Positions 23,241 through 32,239 of a DNA stretch of 64,000 nucleotides are shown here, piece by piece. The notes below the pieces were generated by a model, which was not told the origin of the DNA, ran no database searches, and saw only the letters and a list, made by a program, of their open reading frames with translations. A program made the position numbers and the translations under genes. Source of the stretch: Mustelus asterias (lineage: Eukaryota); assembly GCF_964213995.1 (NCBI RefSeq), contig NC_135807.1:115134001-115198000 (forward strand), read 5' to 3'. Numbering within the stretch: position 1 is the first letter of the stretch; every line of letters starts with the position of its first letter.

Positions 23241-24849
23241 CTTTTGCTACCAAATAAACCTGTTGGACTTTAACCTGGTGTTGTTAAACTTCTTACTGTG
23301 TTTACCCCAGTCCAACGCCGGCATCTCCACATCATGACTAGCATTCATTGCCCATCCCATTACTTTTGAGAAAGTGGTGGTGAGCTGCCTTTTTGAATTG
23401 CTGCAGTCCACATGCTGTGGGTTAACCATTAAAACAATTTCTATAAATGGTACCTTGCAGAGTTGGACTTGATTGAGTGTGTAAGCCTCAGATCCCTCCT
23501 TTGATTCCTCCGCCAGCTTGTTTACAGGGGCTGTTGATCCCACAAATTAAACGATTCCTCAATATGTCTTCCCATGAAGACCTGAACTGCTTAGCCAGCT
23601 TGTTGAAGTCTGGTCATGAAACCAGAGACCATCTCTCCTGACTCTCTAACTGCAGAATGGAATTTTTACCTTTGCATGATAATGGAACATCGAGTGTTAT
23701 TGTGATCCTTAACTAAATTAACTAACTAGTTCAAGGTTTTTGTGTCTGGAGCTTCGAGGCATGTCGAATGCCTTAGCTGGTTGTAAGCCTGTGGGCCGCA
23801 GACTGTGAGCAGTATCACTTTCTGCTTCACCTCAGTTGCTATTCAATTTATGATGAAAAAATATGATAGCCTTTGATTGTACTGCCCCCAACTCTCAATC
23901 TTGGGAATAAATGGTTCTTTTTTTCAAAATAATGGCATCTTAAGATGTGTCTTTACCCTTTTGCACTTTGAATATGAGTGATCACTCTCCCCTCCAAGTC
24001 TGCACTGCCAGCTTTCAACGACTGATCCAGTTTTCCTCGTTGCCAGTGTAATATCTCAAGCCATCTCAATGTGGCAAATAACTAACTAAAGGATTTATTG
24101 ATAATAAGAACTATATAGAATGAAGGATTCAACAGCACAACTAATATAGGTTATGGGCATGAATCTGTTTATGTCACCAGTGAGGGGTAATGAAAATTGG
24201 AAGACTTCCAAGGTATCATCGTATCTCGAGTCCCTGCCACCATTCCTGCAGTTGGTGAGCGTGGGCTCAAGATCACCTCCACTATATTTGGCATGCTCCA
24301 AACCTCAAACAGACAAAGAGGCTGTTTAGACCATCGTGTCTGTGATGGGTCTTTGGAAGAATTATCCAATTAGTCCAACTCCCCTGCTCTTTTCCAATTC
24401 AACTGTATATTTTTTATCCTTTTCAATGTCCAACTCTCTTTTAGAAGTTGCTATTGAATCCACCACCAACCTATCAGGAAGGGCATTCCCTTACACCAGA
24501 TCCATGTGCAAAATAATTTCTCCATATCTGTTTCTGCTTCTCTTGCCAATTGCATTAAATCTATGTCCTCTGGTTACCGACCCGCCGACCAGTGAAAATC
24601 ATTTCTCATTATTTATTCCATGATAATCTTTCTTAATTTTGAAAAAAAACTCTATTAAATCTCTGCTTCCCCTTCACTGCACCAAGTAGAAGAACCTCAG
24701 TTTCTCCAATCTTCCTCCGAAGAGATTGCTTGGACAGGACTGGAAATTTCCACCCAAAGTCAACGGAATTTTGGCTATCCATGACTATTCCCGCCTCTTG
24801 AATTATTAACTTCAGTATCAGAAAAAACAAGTACATCTGAAGCTATACA

Positions 24850-25686
24850 TTCCAAAGATCTGTAGCTTAGGTGGATTGGCCATGCTAAGTTGCCCCTTGG
24901 ATGTGCAGGGCAGCACGGTGGCACAATGGTTAGCACTGCTGCCTCACAGCATCAGTGACACGGGTTCAATTCCTGGCTTGGGTCGCTGTCTGTGTGGAGT
25001 TTGCACATTCTCCCCATGTCTACGTGGGTTTCCTCCAGATGCTCCGGTTTCCTCCCACAGTCCAAAGATGTGCTGGTTAGGTGCATTGGCCGTGCTAAAT
25101 TCTTCCTCAGTGTACCCGAACAGGTGCCGGAATGTGGCAATGAGGGGATTTTCACAGTGGCTTCATTGCAGTTACTTCATTGCATCAGCACGGTGGCACA
25201 GTGGTTAGCACTGCGGCCTCACAGCACCAGGGACCTGGGTTCAATTCCCGCCTCAGGCCACTGTGTTGTGTTTGCATGTTCTCCCCGTGTCTGCGTGTGT
25301 TTCCTCCGGGTGCTCCGGTTTTCTCCCACAGTCCGAACATGTGCTGGTTACATTGATTGGCCAGGCTAAATTGACCCTAGTATTAGGGGATTAGTGGGGT
25401 AAATATGTGGGGTTATGGGGCCTGGGTGGGATTGTGGTCGGTGCAGGCTCGATGGGCCGAATGGCTTGCTTCCGCACTGCAGAAATTCTAAATTCTAAAT
25501 GTCAATGTCAGCCGACTTGTGACTAATTAATAAACTTTACTTTAACTTTTAAATGGATGGGAAATGTGTGGCATTATGTGGATAGAGTGGGCGAGAGGTG
25601 TCAGAGGTGTCAGAGAATCAGTGTAGACTTGATAGACTGAATGGCCTCTTCTGCACGCTAGAGATTCCAGGATTCTCTAATTCTAT
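24850..25686 (+). mobile_element. Nest of three SINEs: outer old HE1-like, type-B (24908-25548) and type-A (25187-25500)
   Basis: tRNA heads at 24908 and 25187. The type-B tail resumes at ~25500, TGGATG flanks the type-B copy, and the outer tail ends at 25686. Confidence 0.75.
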
Positions 25687-27119
25687 GGGCCCGATTTTAT
25701 CTTTTTGAATCTAAGTGCTGGGCAGGCTTGAATCTGGGAGTGTTTCAGACCTGACTTTTAGACCCATTCTCCTGTGCCCCCATACGCACTCTGCCTGAAA
25801 AAAAACAGCGATTCTGAATCGTGCCGCACAGCCTGTGGGCGGGGCTTATCACGCCCGAAACGATGCAGCTCCAGCTGGCACATGCTCACAAAAAAAGACA
25901 GAATGCTGCTCCCCTATCACATCGTGCACGGGTCGGATAATGCCTCCTCCACGGACATTGCCCCACCTCCACAAAATTACTTACCCCCTTATCCTCCCAC
26001 CCGCCTGCCAGCCAGACCAATCGCAGCCCCCTCCCCCCTTCCCCCCCAACGATTTCAGACAGAGTGGCAGCGGACCTCCCTTCCCCCTCAATCATCTCAG
26101 GCAGAAAGATCCACCCTCCTTCCTTCCACCCTACAGATATCAGGCAGGGTAAGTCCCCTCACCCTCACCACGGACCCCCTGCACAAGGCCCCCATCTCCT
26201 CCGGACTCAGGTGGCTGTGTGACACCTCCCTCTCTCTCCCCTGTCTCCAATCATTGAGGCACTGAACCACCCGCCACCCCCCCCAACCCCCGCTCCCTCC
26301 CGCCCTCCCCATCAGCCCACTGCAAGTGCTCACTTGCCTTCCCATCAATGCTAACGAGCAAACTGCATGGAACTTTCTGGAATGCTCTGCCAAACTGCCT
26401 GCAGCTGATCTGCCCTAACGAGGAGCAGCTCCATTAAAAACACAAGAATGGACAGGCAGGCAGGCATTCCTGCACAAAATGTGCGCACGACCAGCCGCCC
26501 TGCCCTCAATTCTCTGAGGGCGACCTGGGGAGGCTACTGGATGCAGCAGAGGCGAGGGGGGATACCCTCTTCCCCCCAGGAGGACACAGACCAAGGGGGG
26601 CTGATGGAAATGCGACCTGGGAGGAAGTCGCCACCTCGGTCAGTGCCAGGGTACTGGCCCCCCGAACCGCGAAGCAGTGCTGGAAAAATGTCAATGACCT
26701 CATCTGTGCATTAAGGGTGAGTGCTGAACCCCATTTTGCATCTTCCCCCATATCTCCCCCAGATCCTCCCATCCCCAGCACCCTGCATGCTTCCAGCCCC
26801 TGACCCTCAAGCAGCTCCTTCCTTTCCTCCCAATGAGCCCCACTGTACTTGCCCTCTAAGGGCCATGACCTGATACTCTGCAGGAGTCATGCCACCATTT
26901 CTTTCATGGCTCCTTCTGTCTCCACAGGAGGAGACCGAGCCCAACACCCGTGAGAGGGCGAAGACAGGGGGTGGTGAGCCAGACCTCTGGGACCTAACTC
27001 CCTTTGAGGAGCGGTGCTGGAGCTCTCAAGAGAAGGGGAGATGCGACCTGTCAGCGACAGATTGGTCGGGCTGCCGTCAAGACGTGAACACCTGTCATTC
27101 CTCCACTCAGTTTGAGGCG

Positions 27120-27415
27120 ACGTCTCGGGGCAAGAGTTTCGGGTACGAGGGGCAAAGTTTAAAGGAGATGGACAAGGCATGTTTATTTGCATAGAGAGGG
27201 TAGTGGGTGCCTGGAAATCGCTGCCAGGGAGAGTTCACAGGTGCAGATATGATAGTGACCTGTAAGGGGCATCTCTACAGCTATGTGAATGGGATGGGAA
27301 TAGAGGCATATGGTCCCTGGACGGGTACAAATCAGATGGGCAGCCTGGTCACTACAGGCTTGGAAGGCCGAAGGGCCTGTTCCTGTGATGTAATTTTTTT
27401 GGTGCTTTGTTCTAT
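27120..27415 (+). mobile_element. CR1 3' fragment inside the Harbinger Myb gene
   Basis: AGAGGGTAGTGGGTGCCTGGAA...GGCTTGGAAGGCCGAAGGGCCTGTTCCTGTG matches the other CR1 ends. Confidence 0.8.
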
Positions 27416-27747
27416 GTTCAATGGAGAAATGTGAATCACGTGTTTGGCATCCCAGATTCCTCTCTCTCCCGTGCACTTAACCTTGTGTCCTGTGTTGCAG
27501 GGACAGATCCAGATGCCCAGGGGTCTTCTGGACTACAGGTCCTGGCTATAGCTCACACCCCTCCTGGTCCAGACAGCTCAGATGAGTCCTCAGAGGATAT
27601 GGGTGAAGGGACCTCTGAGGGTGGCACCGTTTTGGCGTCAGCTTCCACCTCACAACTCACCATCCCAGATACTGACATGTTGGTGGGTCCAGTTGGTGTT
27701 GAGGCTTCTGGGTCACTCTCTGGTGAGCACAACACATCTGCCAAGAA

Positions 27748-27946
27748 CCTTTAAGTTTCATCTTTGCAACCATATTCCCCCCGGAACCCAAAGACTTTGG
27801 TTTCCCGGAAGCTGCTTGGCGGGTCATGGGAATAATGCCACCGGATCGTTAGTTGGCATCGTTTATGGTTGGAACTACGACGGTATGTGATCATCTTTGA
27901 ACCTCCGACTTTCGTTCTTGATAAATGAAAACATTCTTGGCAAATG
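27748..27946 (-). pseudogene. 18S rRNA fragment (~200 bp, central domain)
   Basis: The - strand reads CATTTGCCAAGAATGTTTTCATT..CAAGAACGAAAGTCGGAGGTTC...ATACCGTCGTAGTTCC.ACCATAAACGATGCC...GGGAAACCAAAGTCTTTGGGTTCCGGGGG..TATGGTTGCAAAG.TGAAACTTAAAGG, which is conserved vertebrate 18S sequence. Confidence 0.95.
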
Positions 27947-29525
27947 TCCATCGGGTGGAGGAGGGAATGTTCAAGGCCTCTGTCATGCGGGGGCCTGCTG
28001 GAGGTGAGGACTCAGCTGGCCCCAGGCTACATGCTGGGCCTCTGAGATCACTTCTCCCTCAGCTGCTGGAGATGCAGCAACAGAGCCAGGGAATGCAGGA
28101 GGGACTGACGGCCACACTGGACCGACTGTGAGGCTGTTGGGAGGAGTCCCAAAGATTTCAGGCGGACCAGCTATTGCCTGTCTTGCATGTTTCCAGGCCA
28201 ACACTGCAAGGGTGGTGTCTACAGTGGAAAGCCTGGGACAGGGGATCCTCACCATGACTGACAGGCTCCAATTTATGGCCGAGTCACAGCAGGCCACAGC
28301 TGAGGGACTGAACAGGCTTCTCGAGATTCTGTGGCTCATGGCTGAGAGGCTCAAGAGTTTGCAGGAGACCCAGTGGGACAGTGCTGAGACACAGCAGGCA
28401 ATGGCAGCAGCCATTGAGAATGTGGACCAGTCTCAGAGGGTCATGGCTGAGGGCTTGCAGAGCGTGGCCCAGTCTCAGAGGGCACTTGCTGCGGCCATTG
28501 AGAGGTGGCTCCTGACTCAAGTGGCCATCGCAGATGGCTTGACCACCATGGGTAGGAAGCAGGTGGTCCTCCAGGACTGGCAGTGCCAGGTGACACTGGA
28601 GCTTCTGGAGCTCATTGCAGAAGCACCATCGTCCAATGGAGTGATCCTGGGGCCCACAGGAACCCCAAGGGAGGAGGAAGGGCTCGAGCCCATGCCGGGG
28701 CCTTCCAGCCAGGAGACTGTGGTAGTGGCTACACCTTCTGACACTGGGGCATCTCAGGGGCAGTGGGATGAAGAGGGTGTCATGGAAACATACCAGACAC
28801 CTGGAAACAGGGCAGGGCCTCTAGAGGACGCCCGCCACACGCATCACAGGCCATGGGGTGAGGGAGGCAGCTGGCCCCCTTCACCTCCTATTTACATTCT
28901 GGTAAATCACTGAGATGTAGTGGTAGGCCACGTAAGGTTAGGAAGTTGTAGTTGCACTGAGAGGGCTGCTCTAGTTAGAAAGATATTTAAGCACCTTAAC
29001 GTTTTCTGTTCATACCTTTTTATATTAGAACGTCTTAATTAAACACATTTGTTGCAAATAAACATTTTTTCACCACCCACCTGTGACTAATTTGACTCGA
29101 TTCTGAATCCTTTTCCATTGATTGCCGGAGGGATGCTTCATGTTGGTGTCAGTTTGGGAGGCCCCTCAATGCTGTGTCACTGAGAAAAGGAAGCCATTGG
29201 TTCCCCAGACCCCACAAGTGATTTCCTCCCGTCCCCCACCGCACCCACCCCAGGGCTCTGTATGGGGGTTTCAGATCCCTTTCCCACTACACAGACGTGG
29301 GCCCAGGTACCAGCATGCATGTGGAGCTCAGGTAGGAGTCAGACTAGTTTGCACCAGGACATCATCATAATGGTGTTTAGCGAGTTGTCATCACCCTCCT
29401 GCCTGCCAAAAAACTCACTGACACAGAGTACCCAGACCCACCACTCTGGTGTGACAATGTGCAAGACATAGAAGGCATTTGGGAGGCGGGGAGTTTGGGG
29501 GGGTGGAACCCACAGACACAAACCC

Positions 29526-30812
29526 CTAGCGAGTGAACCACCTGGTGATCAGGGTCTCCCTTGCCACCCTCGCATGCCTCATTTGGGCTGCCAGCCCTTG
29601 AGCGCTTTGTTGGTATTCTTCAGCATGCTCTTCCTCATCTTCCTCCTCTTCCTCTTCCTCCTCTTCCTGCTGGCCATCCTCCCCAGCGATGTCCAGCTGG
29701 TCAGACTCCATGTCCTCCTCCTCTTCCTCCAAGAGGTCACCTCTCTGAAGAGCCAGATTGTGCAAGGCACGATCCCGACCATTATGCAGGAACAGATCAC
29801 TGTGTTGTATTGGAAGGCCCTGCCAGATCGGTCCAGGTACTAGAATCACATCTTGAGGAGCCCAATGCACTTCTCCACTATCGCGCGGGTGGCTACATGG
29901 GCCTTATTATAGCAGGCCTTCGCCTCAGACGCAGGCCTCTGTACAGGCATCATCAGCCATGTCCGAAGTGGGTAACCCATATCACCCAGGAGCCAACCTC
30001 GCAGCCTGGGCTCCTCCTCGAATGCCTCCGGGATGTCCGAGCTCTTGACAATGAAACTGTCATTCATGCTGCCTGGATGTCTGGTGCAGACGTGCATGAT
30101 GGTCATGTTATGGTCGCACACTAGCTGAACATTCAGGGAGTCGAACCCCTTCCTATTTACAAACCTTTGCGGATTCTGTAAGGAGGCCGCGAGGGCAATG
30201 TGTGTACAGTTGCTCACCCCCTGCATGTTAGGCACCTCCCCCTCAGTGGCTACGAACCCTGTAGCCCGGGATTCCTGCTGTGCCTGGTCCAGGTTGAAGT
30301 TGATGAACCGGCCAGCTTGGGCATACAGGGCTTCAGTAACCTGCCTCACACAGGTGTGCACGGCAGATTGGGAGACGCCACAGACACCTCCGCTAGGGGT
30401 CTGGAAAGAACCAGTCACGTAGAAGTTTAGAGTGGCCGTCAATTTGATAGCCTCCTGAGAGTGGGTGCCTCCCCCACCTCCCCCAACCACCCCCCACCCT
30501 GGCCAGGAGGTGCCAGGCCCTGCAACAGGCTGCACAGGTGTTGCACGGTTTATTTTCAGAGTCGGAGAGCTCGGCGGCACATGGTGTCTGACACTTGCTC
30601 GAAGTGCATGGAACTGCCGGGGTCTCTTCTCCCTCCTTCTCCTACGCCACCCCTCTCTGGGTAAATGGTGGCCATCTCCTGCCTCTGGTGGTGGTCTCCC
30701 TCTTGTCCTGGAATTGGTAAGGCCTGGGCCTCCTGTGCCCGCAATTCTTCCTCCTCAGCTCCAGCAGCAACCAAAAGAACAGCAAGATTTATTGGTTGAT
30801 AGAAAAAGCCAT
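29526..30812 (-). pseudogene. Harbinger DDE transposase (HARBI1-like), disrupted
   Basis: LNFYVTGSFQ, GVSQSAVH, QGVSNCTHI (the first catalytic D position reads N), NRKGFDSLNVQLVCD, PGSMNDSF, LLGDMGYPL and IVEKCIGLLKM*. Frameshifts are present. Confidence 0.9.
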
Positions 30813-30911
30813 GTTGTCACTCTGAAGGTAGGGGGGGAGAGGAGATGCAGAGGAACACATGTAGAGGTTATGGAACACTGCTTGCTCCTAGCACATCAAC
30901 AGTCACTGTCC

Positions 30912-31292
30912 ATACCCCCCAATTCCTCCAGCCACATGTTCCCCACAATCACAGCCCCCCAATTCCCCCAGCCACATGCTCCCCACAATCACAGCCCCCC
31001 ACAATTTCCCCAGTCACATGCTCCCCACAATCACAGCCCCCCCAATTCCCCCAGCCACATGCTCCCCACAATCACAGCCCCCCCAATTCCCCCAGCCACA
31101 TGCTCCCCACAATCACAGCCCCCCACAATTTCCCCAGTCACATGCTCCCCACAATCACAGCCCCCCCAATTCCCCCAGCCACATGCTCCCCACAATCACA
31201 GCCCCCCCAATTCCCCCAGCCACATGCTCCCCACAATCACAGCCCTCCCCCCCCCAATTGCCCCAGCTACATGCTCCCCACAATCACAGCTC
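30912..31292. repeat. ~41-42-bp C-rich minisatellite (~9 units) in a predicted 5' intron (30822-31505, - strand) of the transposase
   Basis: Unit CCCCCAATTCCCCCAGCCACATGCTCCCCACAATCACAGCC. On the - strand, donor GAG|GTAAGT at 31505 and acceptor CCCTACCTTCAG at 30822, just before the ATG at 30812. Confidence 0.85.
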
Positions 31293-32239
31293 CTTACAAA
31301 GTTGAGAGGCTGCAGCAGTGCTATTTGCGAGGGCTTTGTACACATCCTTCAGCCGGAAGTCAGCTGAGTGCACGAGGACCCAGCAGCACCGCAAGACCCG
31401 GGGTCAGTGCTGCAAGTTGGACACCGGAGACCCTGCAGAGCAAACCCCGCCGCCGCAAAGGACACCCATGAGTAGCATGGAGCCGTCGGACAACAATGCA
31501 CTTACCTCCTCACTAACCCTCACTGGTGGAGCACCCGAATCGGACTTTTATTCAGCATGTCTGATTCGCGCTGATTCGGGATTGGTGAATGCAGTGGTAA
31601 AGGGGGAAGTGCCGGTTAAGTTGGGGTGTCCAGCCTATTAATTTAATTTAAATGCATGCAAATGCATTTAAATTGCCGTCGCACCCGTTTCGGGCTGGTC
31701 CCGATCGTGGCCATTTTAGGCGCTTGGTAAAGCGGGAACAGGCGCGGAGGCGGTAGCAGATCACACTACTCACCTCACACCTGACTTTACCAAGTTTTGA
31801 TGCCTGACAACGGGTGCAACTTGATGGTAAAATCGGGCCATATAATTCTATGGTTCTTGCTGCTGTGCCAGATTCTCATGCAGTGAAATGCTGCCTCTGG
31901 TTGCGGACTCAGAAAATGTATTGTGCTTCAGCCTGCCCCCTTGTCCTCAGCTTCTGGCTCGATTCCATGTTTGCTTTCAAGTAGGCTTTTAGTGGGATGT
32001 GATAATCTGTTTCCTCAGCAAAAACAGAATATGTTTTTAATGTTTTTCAGTGTGATTAAAAGTCATGGCCGCCTGCCTACATCTCTGAAGGCTCATCATG
32101 TACCCATCACACCAGAAAAACCCCTTGCACCTTGCCACTTTCCTTGAATGGTTACTGCAGTTATTAATACCCAGGCCAGAAACTCCAAGGTTTTTTATGA
32201 AGTTAACCTTGACCCTAAGTTTTACATTTGAATTTGGCA

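Larger units (their letters stand above)
21366..23337. mobile_element. Young Penelope-like retroelement, 5'-truncated, as a ~2-kb palindrome
   Basis: Near-identical ~850-bp inverted arms (21366-22212 and 22449-23296), 13-bp TSD CTAGCATTCATTG (21353-21365/23338-23350) and junction microhomology AACT (22449-22452). Confidence 0.93.
21312..23420 (-). mobile_element. Short 3' fragment of the 6410-type LINE (pieces 21312-21365 and 23338-23420), host of the Penelope insertion
   Basis: GTCGCTGGCTGGCTAGCATTCATTG|CCCATCCC is restored when the Penelope insert is removed; CCATTA occurs on both flanks. Confidence 0.65.
18245..23640 (-). mobile_element. Degenerate Gypsy pol (protease, RT, RNase H, integrase), interrupted at 21312-23420
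   Basis: IEIVLMVN/GHPLKMEVD (protease), MVYLGDVLI, LVVTCDTSP, MKALARSYVWWPGID and LHVDFAGPFMG. An internal duplication pairs ~18255-18435 with ~18557-18745. Confidence 0.85.
26448..28960 (+). pseudogene. Harbinger Myb/SANT-like DNA-binding protein gene, spliced and disrupted
   Basis: Exon 1 reads FSEGDLGRLLDAAEARGDTLFP...WEEVATSVSARVLAPRTAKQCWKNVNDL then GTGAGT (26718). Acceptors TCTCCACAG (26928) and TGTTGCAG (27500) are followed by acidic/Ser-rich and heptad-like regions. Frameshifts, a stop and insertions are present. Confidence 0.8.
25687..31840. mobile_element. Full-length PIF/Harbinger DNA transposon (non-functional copy)
   Basis: TIRs GGGCCCGATTTTA / TAAAATCGGGCCA and 3-bp TSD TAT. 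The flanks rejoin as a SINE (ATTCTAT)n tail. It contains convergent Myb/SANT and transposase genes. Confidence 0.92.

Noticed and set aside
27748-27946. Functional rRNA gene or contamination
   Set aside because: It is only ~200 bp, carries substitutions at conserved positions, and is embedded in a transposon exon with interpretable junctions.
30465-31471. Long Pro/His/Ser-rich ORFs (300 and 208 aa)
   Set aside because: They are read-throughs of a stop-free minisatellite and the antisense strand of the transposase.
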